A DNA stretch of 64,000 bases from an uncultured Burkholderiales bacterium (GCA_903870145.1 CAIQBO010000030.1:6823-70822), one strand, 5' to 3'. Positions 1-10,703 are shown, counted from the stretch's first letter. The notes: a model not told the origin generated them from the letters alone. Numbers and translations are program-made.

Positions 1-2
1 CT

Positions 3-1811
3 TTGCTGACACCGGGCCCCTACAACGAAACATATTTCGAACAAGCCTATTTGGCACGGTCTTTGGGTCTGAGTTTGGTGCAAGGCAGCGATCTCATGGT
101 GCGCGATCAAAAGCTTTATTTAAAAACACTGGAAGGCTTGCAAGCAGTGCACGGCTTGCTCAAGCGGGTAGACGATGATTGGCTCGACCCCTTAGAGCTG
201 CGGGTCGAGTCGACTTTGGGTGTGCCCGGATTGCTGCAAGCCGTTCGCAGTGGCCATGTGCTGGTGGCCAATACACCAGGCTCTGGTTTTTTAGAGTCCA
301 ATGCCTTGCTCGGATTTTTGCCCAGTTTGGCGCAAACCCTGCTTCAAGAAGAATTGCAACTGCCCGCCATTCCCAGTTGGTGGTGCGGTGAATCCAGCGC
401 GCTCCAAGAGGTCTTGCCCAAGTTGGACCAGTGCATGATCAAACCCACGTATCCGCCCATGTCAGGGCGCAGCAGTTTTGAGCCCGTGATGGGCCATAAA
501 CTCGACTGGCGTGGCCTGCAAGAATGGGCCCAGCGCATTGCGCAAGACCCCCAAGCCCACACTGTGCAAAGCTATTTGCCTTTGTCGCACACGCCGACTT
601 TCTTGGATACGCAAGCGCTGTCCTCCAGCCCCGTGATCCTGCGCGTGTTTGTGCTGGCCAATGAGCTGGGAGGCTGGCAAGTCTTGCCTGGCGGCCTGGC
701 CCGCCTTGGTTCACGCGAGGGCATTGCCTCGATGCAACAAGGCGGCAGCAGTGCAGATGTTTGGGTCTTAGGCCATGCACAAAGTCAGGGAACTTCAGCG
801 CCTTTCGTCCCTAGCCCTTCGCGCCAACGACTGGTCACCAGCCGCGCTGCTGAGAATTTATTTTGGATGGGTCGCTACGCTGAGCGAACAGAAAATACGC
901 TGCGCCTGTCACGTCTAACCCTGGACAGTTTGAGCAGTCCAGCCCAGCACTGCGCACCGTTGGTTGAATGGTTGAACAACTTGTGCGTAAGCCATGGGTT
1001 GGTCGCCCCGAGGGTGATTGCTGCGCAGCAGTCACGCCGCGTGTTCGAACGCTCTTTGGTGGCCGGTTTATGGGACACCCAAAACACCACCGGTGTGGGC
1101 TACAACTTGCACGCCATCAAACTGGCCGCAGCTGCAGTGCGCGAACGTTTGTCACCCGAACACTGGGCCTTGATTGAACAAACCGAAACTGCTTTTTTCC
1201 AAACTCAAGCGCAAGATGCACCATTGGCCACCAGTGTTTGGGCGCAACAAATTTTGTCCCGCACCAGCCAATTGATGGCCGCCTTGACCGGCGCCCAAAC
1301 TGACCGCATGACCCGCGACGATGGTTGGCGCTTGCTCAGCATTGGGCGTCACATTGAACGCCTTGATTTTCTAGCACACGCTTTGAGCACTGCCCTAGAG
1401 TCCGGATGCATTGGCACGCAAGATGGCTTTGATGCGGTGCTTGTCCTGTTTGACAGCAGCATCAGTTTTCATGCGCAATACCAGCAAAGCAGAACCTTGG
1501 GCGCCATGCTTGAACTCCTGCTGACGCACACCGACAACCCTCGCGCCTTGGGCTGGGTTGCACAAACTCTGCGCGGTCGTTTGAGCCGATTGAGTCATTT
1601 GGCCCAAGGCCGGACCGAACAACTGGCCCAACAAGTACCGCTTTTAAGCGGCATTGAAATTCAAAGTTTGAGCTTGGATGGCCAGCATGCCAGCCCCACC
1701 TTGCTGCCCCTGCTGCAAACTTGCCGCACTTGCGCGCGCGACGTGTCGGACCAGTTGAACACCTTGTTCTTCTCGCACAGCGGTCAAGCCCAACAAAGCT
1801 TTGGCGCCTGA
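3..1811 (+). CDS. Circularly permuted type 2 ATP-grasp protein fused to C-terminal alpha-E domain (5' truncated by window edge)
   Basis: Motifs PGPYNETYFEQAYLAR, RVDDDWLDPLEL, GVPGLL..AN.PGSG, SMQQGGSSADVWV; alpha-E ER motifs WMGRYAERTEN and IGRHIERLD; followed by transglutaminase. Confidence 0.88.
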   Translation: MLTPGPYNETYFEQAYLARSLGLSLVQGSDLMVRDQKLYLKTLEGLQAVHGLLKRVDDDWLDPLELRVESTLGVPGLLQAVRSGHVLVANTPGSGFLESNALLGFLPSLAQTLLQEELQLPAIPSWWCGESSALQEVLPKLDQCMIKPTYPPMSGRSSFEPVMGHKLDWRGLQEWAQRIAQDPQAHTVQSYLPLSHTPTFLDTQALSSSPVILRVFVLANELGGWQVLPGGLARLGSREGIASMQQGGSSADVWVLGHAQSQGTSAPFVPSPSRQRLVTSRAAENLFWMGRYAERTENTLRLSRLTLDSLSSPAQHCAPLVEWLNNLCVSHGLVAPRVIAAQQSRRVFERSLVAGLWDTQNTTGVGYNLHAIKLAAAAVRERLSPEHWALIEQTETAFFQTQAQDAPLATSVWAQQILSRTSQLMAALTGAQTDRMTRDDGWRLLSIGRHIERLDFLAHALSTALESGCIGTQDGFDAVLVLFDSSISFHAQYQQSRTLGAMLELLLTHTDNPRALGWVAQTLRGRLSRLSHLAQGRTEQLAQQVPLLSGIEIQSLSLDGQHASPTLLPLLQTCRTCARDVSDQLNTLFFSHSGQAQQSFGA

Positions 1812-1822
1812 GTATTGCGATC

Positions 1823-2725
1823 ATGCAACTGCGCATCACCCACGACACACACTACCGCTACACACCAGCGGTTGAAACGGCGCAGCATGTGGCGCACTTG
1901 CACCCCGCCCACACGCCATGCCAATCTTGCATGTCGCACGATCTGAAAACTGAACCGGCCGCGCTTGAAGTTCACAACAGTCTGGACGCATTTGGCAACC
2001 ACCGCGCTTATTGGGCTTTGCCCAGCACGCACAGCACCTTGCGAGTGTTAACGCAAAGCTTGGTGTACACGCGCGAGTTGCCCATTGACGAATCGAATAC
2101 CGCTGGGGGCCCCATCACATGGGAAGCAGCACGAGACCTGTTTGTGTACCACACAGGTCAAGCCAGTGAGCCCGCCTCAGCCTTTGTTTTTGGCTCGCAC
2201 CACGCCCCTGTGGCCCCTGCATTTGCACAGTATGCCCAAAGCAGCTTCACCCCTGATCGGCCCTTGACAGAGGCTGTTCGCGAATTGATGCAGCGCATCC
2301 ACCAAGACTTTGTCTATGAATCTTTCAGCACCGATGTCAGCACGCCTGCCCTGACCGTGCTCCAACAAAAACGCGGCGTCTGCCAAGACTTTGCCCATGT
2401 CATGCTGGCGTGCTTGCGCAGTCTGGGTTTGGCTGCGCGCTATGTCAGCGGTTATCTTTTGACACAATCATTGCCCGGACAGGAACGCTTGGTGGGAAGC
2501 GACGCCTCGCACGCCTGGATCTCGGTGTTTGTTCCCGGCGAGCCATTTGAGTCTTGGCACGATTTCGATCCAACCAACAACCGAGACGGCCTGGCCAGCC
2601 CTGGGCAAGACTATGTGCGCCTGGCAGTTGGTCGTGATTTTGCCGATGTATCACCACTGCGAGGCGTCTTGCAAGGGGGCACGCACCACATTTTGGAAGT
2701 TGGCGTGACGGTCGAGCAGATCTGA
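1823..2725 (+). CDS. Transglutaminase-like family protein (bacterial transglutaminase N-terminal + core)
   Basis: Start MQLRITHDTHYRY at 1823; catalytic triad motifs GVCQDFAH (Cys), SHAW (His), DFDPTN (Asp); GRDFADVSP. Confidence 0.9.
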   Translation: MQLRITHDTHYRYTPAVETAQHVAHLHPAHTPCQSCMSHDLKTEPAALEVHNSLDAFGNHRAYWALPSTHSTLRVLTQSLVYTRELPIDESNTAGGPITWEAARDLFVYHTGQASEPASAFVFGSHHAPVAPAFAQYAQSSFTPDRPLTEAVRELMQRIHQDFVYESFSTDVSTPALTVLQQKRGVCQDFAHVMLACLRSLGLAARYVSGYLLTQSLPGQERLVGSDASHAWISVFVPGEPFESWHDFDPTNNRDGLASPGQDYVRLAVGRDFADVSPLRGVLQGGTHHILEVGVTVEQI

Positions 2726-2763
2726 TAACCTGCAATCCAATTTCATTTTTCCAGGTTTCAAAT

Positions 2764-3222
2764 ATGTCCATTTACCAACGCCTTCAGGCTCTGAATATCG
2801 AACTGCCTGCCGTTGCCGCCCCTGCCGCGGCCTACGTGCCTTTTGTGCGCAGCGGGAATTTGATTTTCCTCAGCGGCCATATTGCCAAGAAAGACGGCAA
2901 GGTCTGGACCGGGCAGTTAGGCAAAACCATGCAAACCTCTGAAGCCCAAACCGCGGCTCGTGCGGTGGCGATTGATTTGATGGGTACTTTGCACGCTGCC
3001 GTGGGCGACCTAAACAAAGTAGAGCGCATCGTCAAAGTCATGAGTTTGGTCAATTCCAGCCCCGACTTCACAGAGCATCACTTGGTCACCAACGGCTGTA
3101 GCGAGCTGTTGGGGCAAATTTTTGGCCCCGAGATTGGCGCCCACGCCCGCAGCGCCTTTGGCGTAGCGCAATTGCCCATGGGCACATGCGTTGAAATTGA
3201 ACTGATCGCCCAAGTCAGCTGA
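2764..3222 (+). CDS. RidA/YjgF/YER057c family protein
   Basis: AAAYVPFVRSGNLIFLSG, HARSAFG, VEIELI motifs. Confidence 0.88.
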   Translation: MSIYQRLQALNIELPAVAAPAAAYVPFVRSGNLIFLSGHIAKKDGKVWTGQLGKTMQTSEAQTAARAVAIDLMGTLHAAVGDLNKVERIVKVMSLVNSSPDFTEHHLVTNGCSELLGQIFGPEIGAHARSAFGVAQLPMGTCVEIELIAQVS

Positions 3223-3310
3223 AACACCCAGGCTTTCGGGGCTTTCGTTGCTTAAATGCCATGCATGAAAGGCAATGAAATACATCCTGCTGCTCAGAGT
3301 CAAAACCAGG

Positions 3311-3420
3311 TAATTTTGTAAATATAGGTATCAAAGTTTTAAATTTTTTCTTACAATTTTGTGAAAAATAAATTTATTTGGCTATTATGAGCTCTTAAGT
3401 TTTCATATTTAACCAAGGAG
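3311..3420 (+). promoter_or_regulatory. Very AT-rich promoter region with SD (AAGGAG) for the response regulator
   Basis: 23 G/C in 110 nt (about 21% GC) by hand count; AAGGAG at 3415-3420 before ATG 3428. Confidence 0.6.
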
Positions 3421-3427
3421 CTTTGAA

Positions 3428-4117
3428 ATGAACCCACTGCACGTCAGCATCATTGAACAAGACCCGCAACTGGCTGAGCGTGTTGTTGAACGCCTGCAAA
3501 GCGCGGGCATGACGGCCCACCACTGTAGCCAATGTGAAGACTTTGAGCACTACTGCGCTCGCCATCCGGTTGATGTCGTGGTGTTAGATGCCGCCGGGCT
3601 GGGCCAACCCGGGCTTGAAATTGCGGCCCGTTTTGCCAAACACCCCGAAGTGCGGGTGGTCATGGTGGACGCGCACAACGAGGCGCAAGACCGCATCAAC
3701 TCGATCAGCGCGGGCGCTGATGTCTGTTTGCGCAAGCCCTTTGATCCGCAAGAATTGGTGGCCATCGTGCAGCGTTTGGCTTCCCGTTTGCCGCGCACCA
3801 TCAAATCGGGCTGGACACTTGACCCTGCGCGCGCTTTGCTGACAGCCCCCAGCACCAACGCCATTGAATTGACCGCCATGGAAACCGTGCTGCTCACGCA
3901 GTTGGCCATGGCGCCAGACCAAGCCCTTCGAAGCGAAGCGCTGGAGCTGGCGATCTGGGGCCTCTCAGATTACTACAACAACAAACGCCTGCAAGTGTGC
4001 GTCTCGCGCCTGCGTAAAAAACTCATTTGTCGCCACGGCTCCGAGCAGCTCTTGGCCACCTGCTGGCGCTCAACCTACCAGTTTGTGCCGCGCATGCAAT
4101 TTGCACCAGTTTGCTGA
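3428..4117 (+). CDS. Orphan OmpR-family response regulator (REC + winged helix), atypical
   Basis: REC motifs IIEQD, VVLD, GAD..LRKPF; C-terminal LQVCVSRLRKKL recognition helix; no kinase nearby. Confidence 0.8.
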   Translation: MNPLHVSIIEQDPQLAERVVERLQSAGMTAHHCSQCEDFEHYCARHPVDVVVLDAAGLGQPGLEIAARFAKHPEVRVVMVDAHNEAQDRINSISAGADVCLRKPFDPQELVAIVQRLASRLPRTIKSGWTLDPARALLTAPSTNAIELTAMETVLLTQLAMAPDQALRSEALELAIWGLSDYYNNKRLQVCVSRLRKKLICRHGSEQLLATCWRSTYQFVPRMQFAPVC

Positions 4118-4118
4118 A

Positions 4119-6488
4119 TCACACAACCCGCGTGATTTGGGTGGGCTTGAAACCCAAGTCAGCGGCCTTGCCTTTGCGGGCCCTGGCAGCGCGGGCGTTG
4201 TTCAAGCTGCGAATCTCTAAGCTTTCTTCGCGCTCTTTGCCGCCCCGGCCAATGCCTTGGATATTGACACTGCGCGTGTAGGCCGCAGCGCCTGCCAACG
4301 CGTCTTTGGCTTCCAGATCAATCAGCATCAAACCGCGCCCGCCTTTTTCCATCAACTTGAGTTCACTGATTTCAAAAGTCAAAATGCGCCCACCCGTTGA
4401 GGCGCAAGCCACATGAGTGGCAGCAGGCATGGCAGCGCCTTCGGGTGGCACCGTGGCGTTGGATCCGCTGACATGAGACGGTGCGCATACCAACTCCCCC
4501 TCCCCCAAACTGATAAAGGACTTGCCGCCCTTGTGCCTAGAGATCATGTGCTCCACGCTAGCCAAAAAGCCGTAGCCGCCGGAACTGGCCAGCAGCAAAG
4601 TAGCATTGGCGGGCCCTGCAAAAAAATGCGCAACTTGCGTGCCCGCTTCCAACTCGATCAGGGTGGTGATGGGTTGCCCGTCTCCCCGCGCGCCGGGCAG
4701 GGCCGCAACAGGCACGCTGTACACGCGCCCACTGCCTTTGGAGGCGGTGCCAAACGCCAGCAAGCTGTCCACCGTGCGGCATTCATAGGCGCCGTACAAG
4801 CCGTCTCCGGCTTTGAAGGCAAAGCTGCCGGCTTCATGGCCGTGGCCTTGGCGCGCGCGCACCCAGCCTTTTTGCGAGACCACCACCGTGACGGCTTCGT
4901 CCACCACTTTGACTTCTGCCACTGCCTTTTTCTCTTCTTGAATCAAGGTGCGGCGGGGGTCTGCGAAAGTTTTTGCATCTTGCTCAATTTCTTTGACCAT
5001 CAAACGGCGCAGCGCCGTGGGATTGCTCAAAATATCCTCCAGTTGGGCTTGCTCCAAGCGCAGCTCTTTCAACTCTTGCTCGATCTTGATGGCTTCCAAA
5101 CGAGCCAACTGACGCAGCCGAATGTCCAAAATATCTTCGGCCTGGCGCTCGCTCAAACGAAAGCGCTGCATCAAGGCGGGCTTGGGTTCGTCGCTTTGGC
5201 GAATGATGGCAATCACTTCGTCAATGTTGAGCAGCACCAGTTGGCGGCCTTCCAAAATATGTGTGCGATCGAGCACCTTGCCCAAGCGGTGCTGTGAGCG
5301 GCGCACGATGGTGGCCTGGCGAAAACTCACCCACTCCACAATCATTTGACGCAAAGACTTTTGAATTGGCTTGCCGTCAATGCCAACCGAGGTCATGTTG
5401 ATGGGAGAAGACGTCTCCAAACTGGTGTGCGCCAGCAGGGCTGTGATCAATTCTTGTTGCTCGATGCGACTGGTCTTGGGCTCGAACACCAAGCGCACCG
5501 CAGCGTCTTTGTTCGATTCGTCTCGCACCGCATCGAGCACCGACAAAACACTGGCTTTCAATTGAACTTGATCGGCGCTCAGCGCCTTCTTACCCGCCTT
5601 GACTTTGGGGTTGGTCAACTCTTCAATTTCTTCCAGGACTTTTTGCGAGCTCACACCGGGCGGCAATTGATGGACCACCAGTTGCCACTGACCGCGTGCG
5701 AGCTCTTCAATTTTCCAACGCGCTCTGACTTTGAGCGAACCTCGCCCCGTGCGGTAGGCATCGGCAATGTCGCTGGCCGGGCTGATGATTTGCCCGCCTC
5801 CTGGGTAGTCGGGGCCTGGAATGATGGCGCCAAGCTCCAAGTCGCTCAACTTGGGCGACTTGATCAGGGCCACACACGCATCGGCAATTTCGCGCAGATT
5901 GTGGCTTGGAATTTCAGTGGCCAGGCCCACCGCAATACCGCTGGCACCGTTCAACAGAACGAAAGGCAAGCGTGCTGGCAGTTGACGCGGCTCTTCGGTC
6001 GAGCCGTCGTAATTGGGCACAAAATCGACCGTGCCCTGGTCTATTTCTTCGAGCAAAAGGCTGGTGATTTTGGCCAAGCGTGCTTCGGTGTAACGCATGG
6101 CGGCAGCGCCGTCGCCATCGCGGCTGCCAAAGTTGCCTTGCCCATCGATCAAGGGGTAGCGTTGGCTGAAGTCTTGCGCCATGCGCACCAGCGCGTCATA
6201 GGCGGCTTGGTCACCGTGCGGGTGAAAGCGGCCCAGCACATCGCCTACCACGCGGGCGCTTTTGACGGGCTTAGCGCCAGCATTGCCAGCAAAGCCCAAG
6301 CCCATGCGTGACATCGAATACAAGATGCGCCTTTGCACCGGCTTTTGGCCGTCGCAGACATCGGGCAAAGCACGGCCCTTGACCACACTGAGCGCGTACT
6401 CGAGATAGGCGCGTTGGGCATAGGTGGCCAAGTTCAGCGAATCGTCTGACTCGCTGTTTTGCAGATCCAGCGTGGGTTGGTCGTTCAT
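4119..6488 (-). CDS. parC: DNA topoisomerase IV subunit A
   Basis: [45 protein letters not shown] catalytic Tyr; adjacent to parE. Confidence 0.97.
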   Translation of the reverse strand: MNDQPTLDLQNSESDDSLNLATYAQRAYLEYALSVVKGRALPDVCDGQKPVQRRILYSMSRMGLGFAGNAGAKPVKSARVVGDVLGRFHPHGDQAAYDALVRMAQDFSQRYPLIDGQGNFGSRDGDGAAAMRYTEARLAKITSLLLEEIDQGTVDFVPNYDGSTEEPRQLPARLPFVLLNGASGIAVGLATEIPSHNLREIADACVALIKSPKLSDLELGAIIPGPDYPGGGQIISPASDIADAYRTGRGSLKVRARWKIEELARGQWQLVVHQLPPGVSSQKVLEEIEELTNPKVKAGKKALSADQVQLKASVLSVLDAVRDESNKDAAVRLVFEPKTSRIEQQELITALLAHTSLETSSPINMTSVGIDGKPIQKSLRQMIVEWVSFRQATIVRRSQHRLGKVLDRTHILEGRQLVLLNIDEVIAIIRQSDEPKPALMQRFRLSERQAEDILDIRLRQLARLEAIKIEQELKELRLEQAQLEDILSNPTALRRLMVKEIEQDAKTFADPRRTLIQEEKKAVAEVKVVDEAVTVVVSQKGWVRARQGHGHEAGSFAFKAGDGLYGAYECRTVDSLLAFGTASKGSGRVYSVPVAALPGARGDGQPITTLIELEAGTQVAHFFAGPANATLLLASSGGYGFLASVEHMISRHKGGKSFISLGEGELVCAPSHVSGSNATVPPEGAAMPAATHVACASTGGRILTFEISELKLMEKGGRGLMLIDLEAKDALAGAAAYTRSVNIQGIGRGGKEREESLEIRSLNNARAARARKGKAADLGFKPTQITRVV

Positions 6489-6500
6489 CGTTTTTCTAAA

Positions 6501-8483
6501 TCAAATGTCTACTTCAATGTCGTCACCGTGCAGCTCCATGAGCTCACGCCGTGCAGCCGCTTCGCCTTTGCCCATCAATTGCGTGATCAAGCTCTCGGTT
6601 TGCGCAAAACTCAAAGTACCCAATTGCACCGGCAACAAACGCCGCGTGTCGGGGTTCAACGTGGTCTCCCACAATTGTTCAGCGTTCATCTCACCCAGGC
6701 CTTTGAAACGGCTGATGCTCCAAGCACCCTCGCGCACCCCGTCTTTGCGCAACTTGTCCAAAATACTTTGCAGCTCAGCGTCGTCCAAAGCGTACATCTT
6801 GGCGGCGGGTTTTTTGCCACGCGCTGGCGCATCGACGCGAAACAAAGGTGGGCGCGCTACATACACATTGCCCGATTCAATGAGTTTGGGGAAATGCCGA
6901 AAAAACAGCGTCAGCAACAGCACTTGGATGTGCGAGCCGTCCACATCTGCATCACTCAAAATGCAGACCTTGCCGTAACGCAAACCGGATAAATCAGGGG
7001 TGTCGTTGGGGCCGTGTGGATCAACGCCAATGGCCACTGAAATATCGTGAATTTCAGTGTTGGCAAACAAGCGGTCGCGGTCGACCTCCCAGGTGTTGAG
7101 CACCTTGCCGCGCAGGGGCAAAATGGCTTGACACTCTTTGTTGCGCCCCATCTTGGCGCTGCCGCCGGCCGAATCGCCCTCAACCAGAAACACTTCATTG
7201 TGGGCCAAGTCTTTGCTTTCGCAATCGGTCAATTTACCAGGCAAAACGGCCACGCCGGAGCTCTTTCGCTTTTCAACTTTTTGCCCTGCCTTTTGCCGAC
7301 TTTGCGCGGCCCGGATGGCCAGCTCGGCCAATTTTTTGCCGTACTCGACGTGCTCGTTGAGCCACAACTCCAAGCTCGGGCGCACAAAACTCGAAACCAG
7401 CCTGACAGCATCTCGCGAATTCAAACGCTCTTTGATTTGCCCTTGAAATTGAGGGTCTAGCACTTTGGCTGACAACACAAAACTGGCGCGCGCAAATACG
7501 TCTTCCGGCATCAGCTTGACGCCCTTGGGCAGTAAGCCGTGCAACTCAATGAAGCTTTTCACGGCGGTGAACAAGCCCTCGCGCAGACCGCTGTCGTGCG
7601 TGCCGCCGGCGCTGGTTGGAATCAGGTTGACATAGCTCTCGCGCACCGGTTGGCCGTCTTCGGTGAATGCAACAGCCCAACTTGCGCCCTCGCCTTCGGC
7701 AAAACTGTCGTTGTTGCCATCGGCAAAGCCTTCGCCTTCGAGCATGGGGATGACGGGCTCACCGTTCAAACTTTGCATCAGGTAGTCGCGCAAGCCCGCT
7801 TTGTATTGCCAAGTTTGGGTTTCGCGGGTTTTCTCATTGAGTAAAGTGACCGTCACGCCGGGCATCAAGACCGCTTTGCTGCGCAGCAAATGTGTCAACT
7901 CGTTCATGGGCAGCGCGCTGGACTCGAAGTACTTGGGGTCTGGCCAGACGCGCACGGTGGTGCCTTGTTTTCGGTCGCCCTCGGCGGCTTTGCGCAAGAC
8001 CAAGGCTTGCACCACATCGCCCCCTGAAAAAGCCAGTGTGGCCACTTGGCCGTCGCGGTAACTGCTGGCCTCTAAGCGTTTGGCCAAGGCATTGGTGACA
8101 CTCACGCCAACGCCGTGCAAACCGCCCGAAAAATTGTAAGCACCGCCCTTGCCTTTGTCGAACTTACCACCCGCATGCAAGCGCGTGAAGACCAGCTCGA
8201 TGACTGGCGCTTTTTCTTCCGGGTGCAAGCCAAAAGGAATGCCGCGCCCGTCGTCTTCAATGCTGACCGAGCCATCCGTATGCAAAACAACTTTGATTTT
8301 TTTGCCGTGCCCGGCCAAAGCCTCGTCGGCCGCGTTGTCGAGCACCTCTTGGATCACATGCAAGGGGGTGTCCGTGCGGGTGTACATGCCAGGACGCTGT
8401 TTGACGGGCTCCAGGCCTTTTAAGACGCGAATGGAGCCTTCGCCGTATTCGGGAGATGATTTCACTGAGGATTGAGTAGCCAT
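6501..8483 (-). CDS. parE: DNA topoisomerase IV subunit B
   Basis: GLEPVKQRPGMY, EVLDNAADE, GGLHGVGVSV, EGDSAGG, PLRGK, DADVDG; likely start MATQSS at 8483 rather than 8621. Confidence 0.96.
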   Translation of the reverse strand: MATQSSVKSSPEYGEGSIRVLKGLEPVKQRPGMYTRTDTPLHVIQEVLDNAADEALAGHGKKIKVVLHTDGSVSIEDDGRGIPFGLHPEEKAPVIELVFTRLHAGGKFDKGKGGAYNFSGGLHGVGVSVTNALAKRLEASSYRDGQVATLAFSGGDVVQALVLRKAAEGDRKQGTTVRVWPDPKYFESSALPMNELTHLLRSKAVLMPGVTVTLLNEKTRETQTWQYKAGLRDYLMQSLNGEPVIPMLEGEGFADGNNDSFAEGEGASWAVAFTEDGQPVRESYVNLIPTSAGGTHDSGLREGLFTAVKSFIELHGLLPKGVKLMPEDVFARASFVLSAKVLDPQFQGQIKERLNSRDAVRLVSSFVRPSLELWLNEHVEYGKKLAELAIRAAQSRQKAGQKVEKRKSSGVAVLPGKLTDCESKDLAHNEVFLVEGDSAGGSAKMGRNKECQAILPLRGKVLNTWEVDRDRLFANTEIHDISVAIGVDPHGPNDTPDLSGLRYGKVCILSDADVDGSHIQVLLLTLFFRHFPKLIESGNVYVARPPLFRVDAPARGKKPAAKMYALDDAELQSILDKLRKDGVREGAWSISRFKGLGEMNAEQLWETTLNPDTRRLLPVQLGTLSFAQTESLITQLMGKGEAAARRELMELHGDDIEVDI

Positions 8484-8578
8484 GGGCGCCGATTGTAGTG
8501 TCAAATTCGGCAAAATACTGGATAAATTCACAGGCACCCTTGCAATTGCAGACAGTGTTTCGTCCCCATAATCCAAGT

Positions 8579-9760
8579 ATGAAAGATACACCTTACGCTT
8601 GGGTGGTCGTTTGGGCCACATTCATCTGCTTGGCCGTCATCTTCGGTGTTTCGTATTCGTTTGCCGCTTTTTTCACCTCTTTTGCCCAAGAGTTTTCCGC
8701 CCAACGAGCCGATGTATCCTGGATTTTTGGCCTGTGCGGTTTGGTTTATTTCATCTTGGGCGTGGGCGGCGGGATTTTGTCGGACCGCTTTGGGCCCCGT
8801 TTGGTCTGCGTGGCCGGCATGTTGCTGATCGCTTGCGGCTTGTATTTCACCAGTTTGGCGCAGTCTTTGTCGACCATTTACATCACTTATGGTGTCGTGG
8901 TGGGCTTGGGCATAGCACTGGTCTACACCCCGTCGATCGCTTGCGTTCAACCTTGGTTCACCACCCGCAGAGGGCTGGCCTCGGGCATTGCCAGCTCGGG
9001 CGTGGGCGCTGGCACCTTGGTGGTTCCCTTGTTGGTGGCCTACGCCATGACGCACCTGGCCTGGCGCGAAGCCTTGCAGTGCTTGGCCATGGGGGTGCTG
9101 GTGCTGGGAGTCAGCGCTGCGCTGGCTTTGAGAAGGGCGCCCCGCGCAGGCTCGAGTATGGGCGCTGCGCCGCCCGGCCTTTCGCTTGGCGCCGCATTGA
9201 AAACGCCCGCTTTTGGCTGGCTTTACCTTGGCACGGTGCTGGGCGCGTCGATCATGTTCATCCCTTTTGCGCACATCTCTGCGGCCGCGCGTGACTTAGG
9301 TTTGGAAGAAGCCAGCGCGGTGGGCTTGGTCGGTTTGATAGGCATTGGCAGCTTGGTGGGCCGCTTTGCCATTGGCCTGTTGGCAGACCGTTTGGGGCGC
9401 GTGCGCACCCTGATGCTGATGCAACTGTCCATGGGTGCGTCGTATCTGATGTGGCTGGGCGCTCACGGCCCCATCGGCATGGCCATTTTTGCACTTTGGT
9501 TTGGTTGGAGTTACGGGGCCATCGTGTCTTTGCTGCCCGCCATTTGCATGGATTTGTTTGGCGCACGCGCTGTCTCGGGCATCATTGGCAGCTTGTACAG
9601 CGGCGCGGCTTTGGGCAATTTATGGGGTCCTGTGTTGGCTGGCGCTGCGTTTGACCGCATGCACAGTTACAACGGCGTCATCACGCTTTGCTTGATGATT
9701 TCATGTTTGGCCACGCTCAGTTGCTGGCGAATTTTGAAATACCCCCAGCAGGTTTATTAA
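8579..9760 (+). CDS. MFS transporter (OFA/MCT-like)
   Basis: About 12 hydrophobic segments; GILSDRFGPR and GLLADRLGR MFS motif A; start MKDTPY at 8579. Confidence 0.85.
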   Translation: MKDTPYAWVVVWATFICLAVIFGVSYSFAAFFTSFAQEFSAQRADVSWIFGLCGLVYFILGVGGGILSDRFGPRLVCVAGMLLIACGLYFTSLAQSLSTIYITYGVVVGLGIALVYTPSIACVQPWFTTRRGLASGIASSGVGAGTLVVPLLVAYAMTHLAWREALQCLAMGVLVLGVSAALALRRAPRAGSSMGAAPPGLSLGAALKTPAFGWLYLGTVLGASIMFIPFAHISAAARDLGLEEASAVGLVGLIGIGSLVGRFAIGLLADRLGRVRTLMLMQLSMGASYLMWLGAHGPIGMAIFALWFGWSYGAIVSLLPAICMDLFGARAVSGIIGSLYSGAALGNLWGPVLAGAAFDRMHSYNGVITLCLMISCLATLSCWRILKYPQQVY

Positions 9761-9794
9761 AGGCCCAAGCCAGCTTGCCTGGGCCTGTATCTGT

Positions 9795-10562
9795 TTATTT
9801 GGCTGGAGGCGTTTCCAATCCACCCAGATAAAAGCGGTTGTAGGTTGGCGAGATCACCAGTTCATTGACACAAGTGCGCGCCGGCATTTGCGCCACAAAC
9901 AAAATGGCTTGGCCCATGTCTTGGGCTTGCACCATGCGCTCACGCTGCTCGGTCGAGGGCGGCACAGGCCGCTTTTCCATGATGGGGGTGGCCACTTCAC
10001 CGGGCAAAACCGAGCTGGCGCGAATGCCGTTGCCGCACTCCTCCATGTTGATCGATTCGGTCAGCGCCAGCACCGCACGCTTGGTTGCGTTGTAGGCCGG
10101 CCCAGTGAGCTTGGAGGCGAACAAACCAGCCCATGAAGAGACGTTGATGATGAGCCCGCCTTTTTGCGCTCGCATTTGAGGCAAAACTGCATGCACGCAA
10201 TAGAACGATCCCGACAAATTGATGGCCACCACGTCGTCCCAAGCATCGGTGGTGAGCACATCAAAATTGCGCTGGGTTGCGTTGGTGCCCGCGCTGTTGA
10301 CCAAGATGTCAATGCGGCCGTGCTGCGCAATTATTTGTTGCGCAGCTGCAAGCACAGCGTGCTTATCGGCCACATCCAACAAAATAACTTGCGCGCTGCC
10401 CAGGGCTTGCAGTGTGGCCAAGGCGCCTGCGTTGGTAGCGGGCGTCCTGCCCGAGATCACGACATGCGCGCCGGCCTTGACAAACTCGATCGCCGCGGCC
10501 AAACCAATGCCGCTGGCGCCGCCCGTGACCCAAGCAACCTGACCTTTCAGTTGTGTGTTCAT
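9795..10562 (-). CDS. Short-chain dehydrogenase/reductase (SDR)
   Basis: TGGASGIG, LVNSAG, YNATK (YxxxK). Confidence 0.92.
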   Translation of the reverse strand: MNTQLKGQVAWVTGGASGIGLAAAIEFVKAGAHVVISGRTPATNAGALATLQALGSAQVILLDVADKHAVLAAAQQIIAQHGRIDILVNSAGTNATQRNFDVLTTDAWDDVVAINLSGSFYCVHAVLPQMRAQKGGLIINVSSWAGLFASKLTGPAYNATKRAVLALTESINMEECGNGIRASSVLPGEVATPIMEKRPVPPSTEQRERMVQAQDMGQAILFVAQMPARTCVNELVISPTYNRFYLGGLETPPAK

Positions 10563-10703
10563 GGTATGTGCATCTCCTGAGTTTTCGTGGTGCTGGAGTT
10601 GGTGAATATACGCGCTTAGCTTGAAAGTTTTTTTCAGTCCCTCAATGGGAAAGCACCGTCACACTGGATCGATATAATTTCAGATCTTAATTTTTTCCCA
10701 GAA

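Noticed and set aside
4413-6311. Long + strand ORFs (294 aa and 321 aa) antisense to parC
   Set aside because: Shadow ORFs caused by codon bias of the real minus-strand gene; no recognisable motifs or RBS.
8484-8621. ORF-track N-terminal extension of parE overlapping the MFS gene
   Set aside because: Homology begins near MATQSS/YGEGSIRVLKGLE, and a -10 hexamer sits 8 nt before ATG 8483. Similar over-extensions were trimmed for the transglutaminase, coaBC, gamma-CA, Bug, queG, mutL, frdC and DUF1178.
9761-9786. Inverted repeat AGGCCCA...TGGGCCT between the convergent MFS and SDR
   Set aside because: Imperfect stem without a clear U-tract; at best a weak terminator.
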